Shown piece after piece: positions 29,315-39,554 of a stretch of DNA of 64,000 nucleotides. A program made the position numbers and the translations under genes. This DNA comes from Thermoproteota archaeon. GTDB taxonomy: Archaea > Thermoproteota > Thermoprotei_A > Sulfolobales > Ignisphaeraceae. The DNA is taken from the NCBI GenBank assembly GCA_030550585.1, contig JAUQPB010000001.1, positions 96,001 to 160,000 on the forward strand. Reading direction: 5' to 3'. Position 1 is the stretch's first letter. Each line of letters starts with the position of its first letter. The notes under the pieces are model-generated. The model was given only the letters and a program-made list of their open reading frames with translations, was not told the origin of the DNA and did no database searches.

Positions 29315-29968
29315 TTGATAAGATCCTTTGTCATAGCCTTGTTTTTGAAGGCTCTCCACAGGCTTCTATGGAGAAAGAAGAGTATCAAGGGGTATGTGAT
29401 TCAAGGAGTCTTCATACCCTTCTACTTTGTCTCATCCAACGCTGTTGCAATAACGGCTAAAGTTCTCAACAATGTGACTAGCATAAAGAGTTTCTGCGAA
29501 GTTGGCAGTGGGTCTGGATACATAGCCATAGAGCTTCTTAAAGAATTTGAAAACCTGTATGCGGTGATCATAGACATTGACGAGAACGCTGCTAAGATCT
29601 CTAAAATAAATGCTAAGAAAATTGGTGTTTTCAGCAGATTGGATATAGTCCAATGCTTATCTGGCCATTGTCTAAGGAAAAAATCGTTTGATTTAGCTTT
29701 ATCCAACCCCCCATATTTGCCGTGTCCAGCATCACTATCGGTTCAACTATGTAGCGGTATTGATGAGAATGTATATATAGATATTGTGTCTCAGCTGGTT
29801 AGAGTATCAAAGAGGTTTGTCATGGTGTCTTCATCTAGTCTTGCAAAAGCGTGGAGAGCTGTTTCCAATATATTCAAAGGTGTTGTAACATTTGCTGTGA
29901 AAACTCCTTTTGACGAGGTGAAGGTCATGCTAATAGATGTTGATATGAAAAATATGCAAGATGTGTAA
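29315..29968 (+). CDS. HemK-like class I SAM methyltransferase
   Basis: EVGSGSG, DID, SNPPY. Confidence 0.8.
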   Translation: MIRSFVIALFLKALHRLLWRKKSIKGYVIQGVFIPFYFVSSNAVAITAKVLNNVTSIKSFCEVGSGSGYIAIELLKEFENLYAVIIDIDENAAKISKINAKKIGVFSRLDIVQCLSGHCLRKKSFDLALSNPPYLPCPASLSVQLCSGIDENVYIDIVSQLVRVSKRFVMVSSSSLAKAWRAVSNIFKGVVTFAVKTPFDEVKVMLIDVDMKNMQDV

Positions 29969-29995
29969 ACAATGTTTGCCAACAGCATGCCTATT

Positions 29996-31012
29996 TTAAA
30001 ATACTATTGTTTTTCCATAGACTGTATTCAGAACCACCTTGCCGCTTCCGTCAACAACACGACCAAGCTCATAGAATTCAAAGTTGTGTGATTTAATGAT
30101 GTTTTCAATATCATGAATATTCTCTTTAGATGCTGTTAAGATGAGTCCCACACCCATGTTAAACACTCTATACATTTCATCGACAGATATGTTGCCTAGC
30201 TCCATAATGGCTTCGAATATTTTTGGCGGTTTCGGCATGTCGAGCACCATGTTTACATTTGGTGGTGTAACCCTCTTCAGCTTTGTGAAGGCCCCTCCAG
30301 TTATGTGTGCAACGCTTGTTACAAGCCTCTGATCTATTAGATCTCGAACCAGATTCGAGTATATGGCCACTGGCTTGGCAAGTTCATCAGCTAGGTTGAT
30401 ACCGTCTATAGTGGAGCTATAGCCTATGTTTCTACTTTCCAGAACTTTTCTCACAAGGCTATAGCCATTTGCGTGAAGCCCCCAGCTCGAAACACCTATA
30501 ACAACATCACCTATATGCGTAGTGTTGCTGAAGCTACTGTCCCTTACCGCAAGCACTGTACACACAACATCAACGCCGTTTGCAAGATCTGGTAGAATCG
30601 CTGTTTCACCACCGAGAACAGCTATTCTTGCAACTCTTGCAGCATCTACAACACCCTCAACAATATCTTTGAACGTCTCCTCATCTGCTTTCGGCATAGC
30701 GATATAATCTACAACTGCGATGGGTTTGGCCCCATCGCACACAACATCATTTACATTCATAGCCACACAATCCCATCCAGCAACCCTCATCTTGCCCAGC
30801 TTCTGCAAGACAATAGTTTTTGTCCCAACACCATCAACATGCAGAGAGAGGTTTAGCCCACTGTATTTGACTGATGCTGTGTATCCCCCTATCCCACTAA
30901 CCTCGAACCCGAGCTCCTTATTGAGAGACTCTATCAATGAGAGGACAAATCTGTGCATAGACCTGTGCTTGTCTAGATCTACGCCAGCCATGCTGTAAGT
31001 CCATGAGGACAT
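29996..31012 (-). CDS. purM: AIR synthase
   Basis: YSMAGVD, DGVGTK, DCVAMNVND, GGETA, GLHANGYSL, HITGG, FNMGVG. Confidence 0.96.
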   Translation of the reverse strand: MSSWTYSMAGVDLDKHRSMHRFVLSLIESLNKELGFEVSGIGGYTASVKYSGLNLSLHVDGVGTKTIVLQKLGKMRVAGWDCVAMNVNDVVCDGAKPIAVVDYIAMPKADEETFKDIVEGVVDAARVARIAVLGGETAILPDLANGVDVVCTVLAVRDSSFSNTTHIGDVVIGVSSWGLHANGYSLVRKVLESRNIGYSSTIDGINLADELAKPVAIYSNLVRDLIDQRLVTSVAHITGGAFTKLKRVTPPNVNMVLDMPKPPKIFEAIMELGNISVDEMYRVFNMGVGLILTASKENIHDIENIIKSHNFEFYELGRVVDGSGKVVLNTVYGKTIVF

Positions 31013-31020
31013 TACAACCA

Positions 31021-32241
31021 CTACATGATAGCTATATGCGATGCTGCTTTTCTCGCCTTGTCCAAAGCCTCCTCAACGCTTCTCCCTCTCGCGAGCACCA
31101 CAGCCATTCTTCTATCTCTATATGTAAACGGTTTTCCAAATACCCTCACATCAACACCCTCTATCTTCATAGCCTCGTAGACACCTGCTATCCTCGGAGC
31201 CCACACATTGTCAACCTCAGCATATATGGCAATCGATGCAGCGGGCGTTAATATCCTTGGCCTCGGCACTGGAAGCCCTAGGATGGCTCTAACATGGATT
31301 GCAAACTCGCTGAGCTCTTGGCTAGCCATGGTAACCATGCCGGTATCATGTGGTCTTGGAGCCACCTCACTAAACAGTATTTTGCCGTCTTTTGTCAGGA
31401 AGATCTCTACACCAAATATTCCTAGCCCTCCAAGACCCTCTGCTACTCTAACTCCTATTTCTCTAGCCTTGTCAAGGACATTTACAGGCTTTTGTGATGG
31501 TTGCCAAGACTCTATATAGTGATATTTTCCGTATCTCCAATGCTCAACAGGTTCGCAAGTGTCTGTAACAACTCCGTTGTCTCCAACGAATCTGTATGCA
31601 AGAACAGTAAACTCTGTTTCTAGCTGGACAAACTCTTCGGCTATAACCCTTCTGCTCTTACCCCTAGAATGCCTCACAGCATATTCATAAGCTTCTCTAA
31701 CAAGCTTTGGACTGGGCTCAGAGACCTTTACATGTCCATGGCCACTGCTACTCATCTCGGGTTTTAGCAGACATGGATAGCCAACCTTGTCACAGGCTTC
31801 AACAGCTTCGTCAGGACTTTCGGCAAATGCGTATTTGGTTGTTGGAAGACCGAGCCTCTCTGCGGCGAATCTTCTAAGCTCTATTCTGTTCATAGCGATT
31901 CTAACAGCCTTGGCATTGGGGACTACGAAAAAGCCCCTGGACTCTAGATCCTCTAGAGCCTCATACGATATAGCCTCTATCTCGGGCACTATAACATCTG
32001 GTCTCTCTCTTTCGGCAACAGCTTTAACAGCATTAGTGTTTAGCATATCTATGACATATCTCCTGTGAGCGACATGCATTGCTGGTGCCCAGTCGTATCT
32101 ATCAACAACAACCACCTCTACACCAAGTCTCTGCGCTTCTATGGCTATCTCCTTGCCTAGTTCTCCCCCACCCAAAAGCATGATCTTTATAGACTCTCCA
32201 AACAATGGTGTAGACAAATACTCTCTCTTCCTATACCCCAT
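31021..32241 (-). CDS. purT: Formate-dependent GAR transformylase
   Basis: LLGGGELGKE, APAMHVAH, MSSSGHG, EVAPRPHDTGMVT. Confidence 0.96.
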   Translation of the reverse strand: MGYRKREYLSTPLFGESIKIMLLGGGELGKEIAIEAQRLGVEVVVVDRYDWAPAMHVAHRRYVIDMLNTNAVKAVAERERPDVIVPEIEAISYEALEDLESRGFFVVPNAKAVRIAMNRIELRRFAAERLGLPTTKYAFAESPDEAVEACDKVGYPCLLKPEMSSSGHGHVKVSEPSPKLVREAYEYAVRHSRGKSRRVIAEEFVQLETEFTVLAYRFVGDNGVVTDTCEPVEHWRYGKYHYIESWQPSQKPVNVLDKAREIGVRVAEGLGGLGIFGVEIFLTKDGKILFSEVAPRPHDTGMVTMASQELSEFAIHVRAILGLPVPRPRILTPAASIAIYAEVDNVWAPRIAGVYEAMKIEGVDVRVFGKPFTYRDRRMAVVLARGRSVEEALDKARKAASHIAIM

Positions 32242-32247
32242 ATAGAG

Positions 32248-33738
32248 TCACCTCACAAAACCAATGAGGGGGTTCTCCAATATGCCCTCACCAGGAACCC
32301 AGACAAGAATCTTGCCAATCAAACCATTCTTTGCCCTAGCCATATACACTTGTCTAACTCTGTTTGCAACTCTTTTCCTATCCTCCAAGAGCTCGCTAGA
32401 GCCAATATCTCTTCTGTAAAACAGTGGCCACCCATCCAATGTACTGATGTGTGTAACAGCATTTTCAGCTTTTTTGTATGCCTCTTCATAGCTATTTCCA
32501 TGGCAAACAATTTCAAAGGCTCTAGAACCCTTTGTATAGAGGATCCCGTCAGACCTCATTTCAACACTTGCATACAAGGTCTCGCAACCAAGCTCCCTTA
32601 TCCTAGCCTCGTCGATAGAGATTGGATGGGAGCTGGCAAGATGCTTGTTATCTGGGTATCCAGCGGGCGCAACAGCTTTGACTATTGTTACAATCTCCTC
32701 GTTTATCCTGAGCTTCGCTCCTGCAAGCCTTTTCTCAGCAGCTCTATCCAAAATCTCTAGAAAGTCGCTTTCAACTATTGGAACAAGGTTAGATGCCTCG
32801 GGGTCGCCAAACCTGCTGTAAAACTCTATTACTGTTGGCCCCCAAACACCTGTGAGCATCATTTGCCCGGCGAAAGCACCTATATACGGCTCTCCAACCT
32901 CTTTGACCAGAGCCTTCAGAACATTCGAGACAATTTCTATGGTCTTTCTATACTCCTCATCTGTTATGAATGGCAGTACCCATCCAGGACCTTGAATGCT
33001 GCCCATACCGCCAGTCTCAGGGCCTGTATCATATTCGAAGGCATGTGGATGGTCCTGTATGAGGGGTAGCGGCAGAACTGTATCCCCATCTGTTATAACC
33101 ATTGCTGTGTATTCAACTCCTTCAACTCTCTGCTCAACAATAATCTTGTAGTCTATATCTCTATAACTGCTCATTTCATTGAATAGCTTCTCAACATAGC
33201 TTTTCTTCACCTCCGCCCTATCCCTAGAAAGATATGCCTGGGTATCTCTAACAACCTTAACACCCTTTCCACCTGCCTGTCTAGCAGGTTTTATGACGAC
33301 ATCGCCTGCAAACTCTATGAACTTCCTAGCCTCCTCGACATCCGTAAATGCCTTGAAGTATAGCCTGCCCTCAATACCATATTTCCACATGAGGGTTCTT
33401 GCAAACACCTTGCTCTTCTCGATTTCTGCACAGCGCATTGATGCTCCAAAGACTGTGAACCCCCTATCTCTTAAAGCATCTGTAACACCAGCGAACTGCG
33501 GCTCCTCGGGACCAACGACTATTAGGTCTGGGGATACCTCTTCAGCCACCCCAACAATCTTTTCAGGGCTTGTGGTAGGCGCTATGAACCACTTACCCCC
33601 AGTCTCGCTAGCTTCTCTCTCTAGACCAGGGTTTCTATAGTCCATAGCAACAAATATCCTTGGCTCTAAACCACTTCTTTTAACGAGCTTAGCTATGGCA
33701 TGTTCTCTTCCACCAGATCCTATGATGAGAACCTTCAA
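32248..33738 (-). CDS. purD: Phosphoribosylamine-glycine ligase
   Basis: GSGGREHA, GPEEP, QDH, GPETGGMG, RFGDPE; TTG start after GGGGTGAG. Confidence 0.96.
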   Translation of the reverse strand: MKVLIIGSGGREHAIAKLVKRSGLEPRIFVAMDYRNPGLEREASETGGKWFIAPTTSPEKIVGVAEEVSPDLIVVGPEEPQFAGVTDALRDRGFTVFGASMRCAEIEKSKVFARTLMWKYGIEGRLYFKAFTDVEEARKFIEFAGDVVIKPARQAGGKGVKVVRDTQAYLSRDRAEVKKSYVEKLFNEMSSYRDIDYKIIVEQRVEGVEYTAMVITDGDTVLPLPLIQDHPHAFEYDTGPETGGMGSIQGPGWVLPFITDEEYRKTIEIVSNVLKALVKEVGEPYIGAFAGQMMLTGVWGPTVIEFYSRFGDPEASNLVPIVESDFLEILDRAAEKRLAGAKLRINEEIVTIVKAVAPAGYPDNKHLASSHPISIDEARIRELGCETLYASVEMRSDGILYTKGSRAFEIVCHGNSYEEAYKKAENAVTHISTLDGWPLFYRRDIGSSELLEDRKRVANRVRQVYMARAKNGLIGKILVWVPGEGILENPLIGFVR

Positions 33739-33743
33739 ACTTC

Positions 33744-35021
33744 TCACCCCCCGAAATAGTCTACACCAAAACATTTTCCACAAAATCTTATCCCAAACCT
33801 TCTAGCAACCCTATCAACATCTCCTTTCGAGAGCCAGTGAAGAGAGTCAACCTCCAAGTAGCTTTTAGCAAGCTCCTTAGACAGATTCGCCGCTAGAAGA
33901 TTCTGTACATCAAGCCTCATAACGTTGTAGGGACAGCCATGCACTAGAGGTGGAGATGCTATGAATAGGTGGATCTCTTTTACACCAACTCTGAATCTTA
34001 GGATCTGGGAAACGGTCTTCATGGTAGATCCTGTCACCATGCTGTCATCAACTATTGCAATCCTCTTGCCCTCTAGCGAGCTTCTAATAGGATTCATCTT
34101 AAGGTGTATAGCAACAATTTTTTCGAAGGGATCGCTTGCCAGCATAGATCTCCTTCTACCACCTGTAGCAACAAAGGCCATGTCAAAGGCTTTTTGAATG
34201 CTGTTTGCAAAGCCTATAGCATATGGCAAAGCCGTTTCAGGAACACCAACAACAACATCAACTTCTCTATCAAGATATTTTGCAAGTTCTGCGCCAAGAG
34301 CCTTTCTAAACTCGTAGACGCTAATGCCATGGACAATGGAGTCGTGTCGAGATAGGTAGAGAAGCTCGAAGAGACAAACCCCGCTGCAACCATTGCTGAA
34401 ATCTGTTGAAAATGTTTTGAACAGGTACCTCGATATGTAAACACCTTCTCCACATCCTAGAAACCTCTTTAAATCACCACCAAGAATATCTATAGCAACG
34501 CTTTCCGATGCTGCTATAGCCATGTCAAATCCATAGCTACCCAAAGCAAATGTTGTAAATCCTTGTGGACCCCTCCAAACAAAAACCTCTCTATCGCTTG
34601 TCAAAACCATGAGCGACGGAATTGAAACGCTGTGATCTGTCTGGAAGGTTTTTATAATATTTCTGAATGCATCAATCCTATTTCTGCTGTTCTTCAACGA
34701 AACAACCAGAGCTGATGTAAAATCGCTTATGGCGCTCCACGGCCTATCAACAATAGCGACAATTTCATAGCCATCGCTTTTCTTTACATCGAAAAGGTTC
34801 TCAGTTTGATAGCTATAGGTTGAGGCTATTGCCACATGGCTTGAAATCTTTTTTGCAACATCAATATCTTCATCTTCGTAGCATTTGAGACTATTACTCT
34901 CATTGGTGCAGACCACATAGTATTGGGAGCCTCTATGCTGTAGAGCCATCAATCCGTATCTTAGAATATTTGAGAGGTTCCAAAGCTCATCGAATGCATA
35001 GATAGTTAGGAGACCACTCAT
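33744..35021 (-). CDS. PurF paralogue lacking the catalytic N-terminal Cys
   Basis: Starts MSGL; LQHRG, CLFE, VPET, VDDSMVTGST; C-terminal CxxC. Confidence 0.85.
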   Translation of the reverse strand: MSGLLTIYAFDELWNLSNILRYGLMALQHRGSQYYVVCTNESNSLKCYEDEDIDVAKKISSHVAIASTYSYQTENLFDVKKSDGYEIVAIVDRPWSAISDFTSALVVSLKNSRNRIDAFRNIIKTFQTDHSVSIPSLMVLTSDREVFVWRGPQGFTTFALGSYGFDMAIAASESVAIDILGGDLKRFLGCGEGVYISRYLFKTFSTDFSNGCSGVCLFELLYLSRHDSIVHGISVYEFRKALGAELAKYLDREVDVVVGVPETALPYAIGFANSIQKAFDMAFVATGGRRRSMLASDPFEKIVAIHLKMNPIRSSLEGKRIAIVDDSMVTGSTMKTVSQILRFRVGVKEIHLFIASPPLVHGCPYNVMRLDVQNLLAANLSKELAKSYLEVDSLHWLSKGDVDRVARRFGIRFCGKCFGVDYFGG

Positions 35022-35027
35022 ATCACA

Positions 35028-36416
35028 TCACCTAATAAACATCTTTTCTAGGGCATCAGCATCAAGCCCCTTGAATGGGTATAGCCCAGTGAAGCAGGCA
35101 TGACATATCAGAGGTATTCCAACAGCTTTTCTAAGCCCCTCTATAGTGTTGTATCCAACGCTATCAGCATTCAAAGCCCTTGCAATCTCGTCTAAGCCCA
35201 TTGCCCTCCAAGCCAGTAGCTGTTCTCTAGAGGCAACATCTATGCCCATGAAGCACGGGTATCTGAATGGGGGGCTGGCGACCCTTACATGCACTTCGCT
35301 AGCGCCAGCCTCCCTAAGCCTCCTCACTATACTCCGCATGGTAGTGCCCCTAACAATAGAATCGTCGATGAGAACAACCCTCCTACCACTTACAACACTC
35401 TTTATAAAACCGTATTTGAGCCTAGATATGATCTCTCTAGACCTTGGAGGCGCTATAAACCCTCTACCAACATATTTGTTAACAACAATGCCTTCCTCAA
35501 GCGGCAACCCAGAAGCTCTGCTAAAACCTATTGCAGCAGCTCTACCGCTATCAGGAACAGGAACAACAACGTCGCCCATTGCCGGAGCAGCTTTTGCAAG
35601 CTCCTCGCCCATTCTAACCCTAGCAACATAGATGCTAACCCCATTAAATACGCTATCCGGTCTAGAGAAGTAGACATATTCAAAAACGCATGGAGATATT
35701 GGGGTCGAAATTGGTGATTTGGTGAACTCGAGTGAGGAACCATCATAAGATATGATCTCGCCTGGCAAAACCTCTCTCCACCTCCACAGATGCCCGGTAA
35801 CAATGTCTAGTGCAGCTGTTTCCGACGCTACATAGAAATCGCTACCTGTATGCAATACCGCTAGGGGTCTAAACCCATGCGGATCTCTTGCAACAACAAT
35901 CCTCGGCTCAGATGTCAATACGACAATGCTGTATCCCCCAACAACATAGTGTGGAAGAACCTTCAAAGCCTCGACAACATCGTTTCCAAACTCCTTAGCC
36001 AACCTAAATAGAAATGTTGCCAAAACTTTGGCATCTCCATCAGCATCCACGATCCCGAGGAGCTTTGCCATGCTAAAAAAGTTTGCTATTGTACCATTGA
36101 AAGCAACAGCCATTTTAAAATTCTCATCGCCTACTAGAATTGGCTGGGCCTGCGAGTCGAGGTATCCACCAGATGTGGAGTACCTTACATGCCCTATACC
36201 CCCAACAATCTCGTCGACACTTCTTAACTGTGAGATTTTCTCATTGTTTAGAGCCTCTACAACAAGTCCTTTCCCCACCACCCTATGTATTTCGCCACCT
36301 CTTGTAGCAACAACTATACCGGCTGACTCCTGCCCCCTATGCTGAAGTTCTATGAGAAGGGATAGAATTGTTGTTATTACATCACCTGAACCCATATAGC
36401 CAGCTATTCCACACAT
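35028..36416 (-). CDS. purF: Amidophosphoribosyltransferase
   Basis: MCGI, LQHRGQESAG, GHVRYST, CVFEYVYFSRPDS, DDSIVRGTT. Confidence 0.97.
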   Translation of the reverse strand: MCGIAGYMGSGDVITTILSLLIELQHRGQESAGIVVATRGGEIHRVVGKGLVVEALNNEKISQLRSVDEIVGGIGHVRYSTSGGYLDSQAQPILVGDENFKMAVAFNGTIANFFSMAKLLGIVDADGDAKVLATFLFRLAKEFGNDVVEALKVLPHYVVGGYSIVVLTSEPRIVVARDPHGFRPLAVLHTGSDFYVASETAALDIVTGHLWRWREVLPGEIISYDGSSLEFTKSPISTPISPCVFEYVYFSRPDSVFNGVSIYVARVRMGEELAKAAPAMGDVVVPVPDSGRAAAIGFSRASGLPLEEGIVVNKYVGRGFIAPPRSREIISRLKYGFIKSVVSGRRVVLIDDSIVRGTTMRSIVRRLREAGASEVHVRVASPPFRYPCFMGIDVASREQLLAWRAMGLDEIARALNADSVGYNTIEGLRKAVGIPLICHACFTGLYPFKGLDADALEKMFIR

Positions 36417-38615
36417 CTATGCCTCGCCCTCTAGCTCCACTTCCAATGAATTGTTGTACACATCAGCAACTCTATCCAAATCTATCTCTACAACAGTCTT
36501 AGAATTGCTTGTTATTACAATCCTATTGGAGTCGACAACCCTGCCAATAATACTGAACCTAACATTCATGCTCCTCGCCAATTTGGTGAATTCGTCAACT
36601 CTATCTCCTCTAACCTCAACAACATATCTTGCTTGAGTTTCTGAGAAAAGCAACTCATCTATTCTCTGAACACCCCTAGCATAGATATTTGCAACATCGA
36701 TGCTAAATCCGAGTCTGCCCATGATAGCCATTTCAGCCAAGGACGCTATAAGCCCTCCTACACCAATATCGTGAACTGCGTTGACTAGTCCAAGTCTTAT
36801 AGCTTTTTGTATCAACCTAGCATTCCTGATTTCTGACACAGGCCTTGGTCTAGGTATCTCACCCTCTTCAATTCCAAACAATCTATAGAGGTATTCGCTC
36901 CCACCTAACTCAGGGTATGTAACACCTATAATGGCTATGGCTGATCCATGTTCTTTGAATTCAACGGTCATTGCTTTGGATATGTCGTCTACCCTACCAA
37001 CTCCAACTATAGTTGTTGTCGGCTTTACCTGTCTCCCCATATGATCCTCGTTATAGAAGCTTACCTTGCCGCCAACAACAGGCAGTCTAAGCTCTTCAGC
37101 CATCCATGCAACGCCCTTCAACATCATCTCGAAGTACCAGAACTGCTCTGGCTTCTCAGGGTTGCCAGCATTGAGTTCATCAACTATTGCAATCGGCTTA
37201 GAACCAACAGCGACTAGGTTTCTAAAGCACTCTCCAACAGAATTGGCTGCTCCGTTGAATGGATCCAGAGATGTGTATCTGGGATTTGCATCACCTTTTA
37301 CAGCAACACCCCTTCTACTACCGTCCAACAGCCTCAAAACAGCTGCATCACCATAGCCAGGCTTTACAACAGTTCTAATACCGACTTCATGGTCGTATTG
37401 CTGGTATATCCACCTTTTAGAGGCTATGTTGGGGGACGCAAGAAGCTTTAGAATAGCCTCTTCATATTTGGGCTCCGGGGGAAGGACAAAAATTGGTTTT
37501 AGTCCCTTTAAAGCATCTTGCGGAGGAGTTGAAGCCCTTCTAATCGGTCTGGGTCTTGCAAGCTCTTTTGCAGGTACCTCAGCAACCTTGTTACCATTGA
37601 AATAGACCCTTATAATCCCGTCGTCTGTGAAATACCCTATGATGCTGTATTGCAGATCAAATCTTTTGAGAATCTCTTCAACGGTTCTGGAATTGGATGG
37701 ATCGACAACTATCAGCATTCTCTCTTGGCTTTCGGAAACGAGGAGCTCTAGGGGGCTCAGCTTCTCTCTTGTATGAAGCTTCTCAAGGTGTACAACTGCT
37801 CCGAGACCATGGTCGGCAGCAGTCTCGCTTATAGCTGTTGTTAATCCGCCTCCACCAAGATCTTTAATGTACCTAACAAGCTTTTTGCTAACTAAAAACT
37901 GTAGAGCGTCTATGAGAAGCTTCTCTGTGAGAGGATCACCAACTTGAACAGCCCCGATATCCTTGTCTCTATCCTCAGAGAGGGGCTTTGAAGCAAAGCT
38001 GCTGCCAAGTATCCCATCTCTTCCAGTAGCATTGCCAGCAATTATGATGAGGTCTCCAGGCTTTGGAGCCCCTAGCACAAGGTCGTCGATATTTGCTACG
38101 CCAACGCATGCCACATTGACTAGAGGCTGTGTATTGAATGAGCTGTCGAACCATGTGTCGCCGGCTACGGTTGGAATTCCTATCCTATTTCCATAGTCGC
38201 TAATACCCTTGACAATGCCTCTGATCAGCCAATTTGCGTGAGGGTCTCTGGGGTCGCCCATGTAGAGCATGTCTAAAAGCGCTATAGGTTTTGCACCAAG
38301 GGATAGAATGTCCCTTACTATCCCTCCAACCCCTGTTGCCGCTCCATCGTACGGATCTACAGCCGATGGATGGTTATGGCTCTCAATTTTGAAGACTATG
38401 GCGTAGTCTCTGAAAATCTTTACAGCTGGCGCATCTTTTCCAGGGCCGACAAGAACATGTTTTCCATCTGTTGGAAGAAGCTTCAAAAGGATTCTGCTGC
38501 TTTTATATGAGCAGTGCTCACTCCACTGGGCCTCAAACATTGCCAGTTCTTCTACTGTAGGCTCTCTCCCAAGAATTTTTCTAATCTCATCTATCTCCTC
38601 ATTTGTTAGGGGCAT
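36417..38615 (-). CDS. purL: FGAM synthase II
   Basis: WSEHCSYKSS, ESHNHPS, GAATGVGGIVRD, SESQERM, QYDHEV. Confidence 0.97.
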   Translation of the reverse strand: MPLTNEEIDEIRKILGREPTVEELAMFEAQWSEHCSYKSSRILLKLLPTDGKHVLVGPGKDAPAVKIFRDYAIVFKIESHNHPSAVDPYDGAATGVGGIVRDILSLGAKPIALLDMLYMGDPRDPHANWLIRGIVKGISDYGNRIGIPTVAGDTWFDSSFNTQPLVNVACVGVANIDDLVLGAPKPGDLIIIAGNATGRDGILGSSFASKPLSEDRDKDIGAVQVGDPLTEKLLIDALQFLVSKKLVRYIKDLGGGGLTTAISETAADHGLGAVVHLEKLHTREKLSPLELLVSESQERMLIVVDPSNSRTVEEILKRFDLQYSIIGYFTDDGIIRVYFNGNKVAEVPAKELARPRPIRRASTPPQDALKGLKPIFVLPPEPKYEEAILKLLASPNIASKRWIYQQYDHEVGIRTVVKPGYGDAAVLRLLDGSRRGVAVKGDANPRYTSLDPFNGAANSVGECFRNLVAVGSKPIAIVDELNAGNPEKPEQFWYFEMMLKGVAWMAEELRLPVVGGKVSFYNEDHMGRQVKPTTTIVGVGRVDDISKAMTVEFKEHGSAIAIIGVTYPELGGSEYLYRLFGIEEGEIPRPRPVSEIRNARLIQKAIRLGLVNAVHDIGVGGLIASLAEMAIMGRLGFSIDVANIYARGVQRIDELLFSETQARYVVEVRGDRVDEFTKLARSMNVRFSIIGRVVDSNRIVITSNSKTVVEIDLDRVADVYNNSLEVELEGEA

Positions 38616-39304
38616 TACCACCCCCTCTTAAGGGAATGTGCTATACTCTCAAATATTATCCTCCCACCTGTCTTGAACCCCCTCGGCGCTAGAAAATCCT
38701 CTGAGGCTCTTTCGGGATGGGGCATTAGACCAAGGATCATACCGTCTTCTGTAGCTATTCCCGCAATGTCGTAGAGACTCCCATTTAGATTGAAGCCTGG
38801 TAGATACCTTATAATCGGAGATGTCTTGACCAACACACTATATGACTCGTTATCTATGTAGTACCTTCCTTCCGCATGTGCAATAGGCATGTCAAGTGTC
38901 TGACCATCGCTGACTAGGCTGAGCCACGGTCCCTTAGGATTCTCAACACGTGTCCTAACCCATCTACACACAAACTTGCTTGACTCGTTTAGCAGTAAAG
39001 CGCCTGGGAGTAGACCTGCTTCCACAAGAATTTGAAAACCGTTGCAAATGCCTAGCACGGGCACCCCACTAGATCTGGCGTTACCAAGCTCTTCTACAGC
39101 ATTTGTTCTAGCTGCTATGGCACCTGCTCTTAGCCAATCGCCATAGCTAAAGCCGCCCGGTATTATAATCGCATCCCAATCCTTGAGCACAAAGTCTTTG
39201 TACCATACAATAGAAGATTCAATACCTATAACATTTCTCAGAACATGGTGAACATCTTCGTCGCAATTTGTTCCAGGAAACTTCAAAATGGCTACCCTAG
39301 GCAT
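38615..39304 (-). CDS. purQ: FGAM synthase I (glutaminase)
   Basis: FPGTNC, PGGFSYGD, GICNGFQ, MPHPER. Confidence 0.97.
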   Translation of the reverse strand: MPRVAILKFPGTNCDEDVHHVLRNVIGIESSIVWYKDFVLKDWDAIIIPGGFSYGDWLRAGAIAARTNAVEELGNARSSGVPVLGICNGFQILVEAGLLPGALLLNESSKFVCRWVRTRVENPKGPWLSLVSDGQTLDMPIAHAEGRYYIDNESYSVLVKTSPIIRYLPGFNLNGSLYDIAGIATEDGMILGLMPHPERASEDFLAPRGFKTGGRIIFESIAHSLKRGW

Positions 39305-39554
39305 GGACCCTCAGCTCTATGTCGTGTACAACTGGATTGTATATTCTAAGTTTTTCACAGAGCTCCTTGACTATCTTCACAGCCTCTTCAGCATTCTCAG
39401 CATTAACCTCCAGCAATAGGTACTTTCCAGTTCTAACTCTTGAAACCATTGAATAGCCTCTCCTCAGTATCAAATGCTTGTGTATAGTCTCTCCCTCTGG
39501 GTCCCTAACCCCCTTCTTATTTGTTATGATTACCTCAATAAGATGCGTAGACAT
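39297..39554 (-). CDS. purS: FGAM synthase PurS subunit
   Basis: DPEGETI, RTGK, NPVV; lies between purC and purQ. Confidence 0.93.
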   Translation of the reverse strand: MSTHLIEVIITNKKGVRDPEGETIHKHLILRRGYSMVSRVRTGKYLLLEVNAENAEEAVKIVKELCEKLRIYNPVVHDIELRVHA

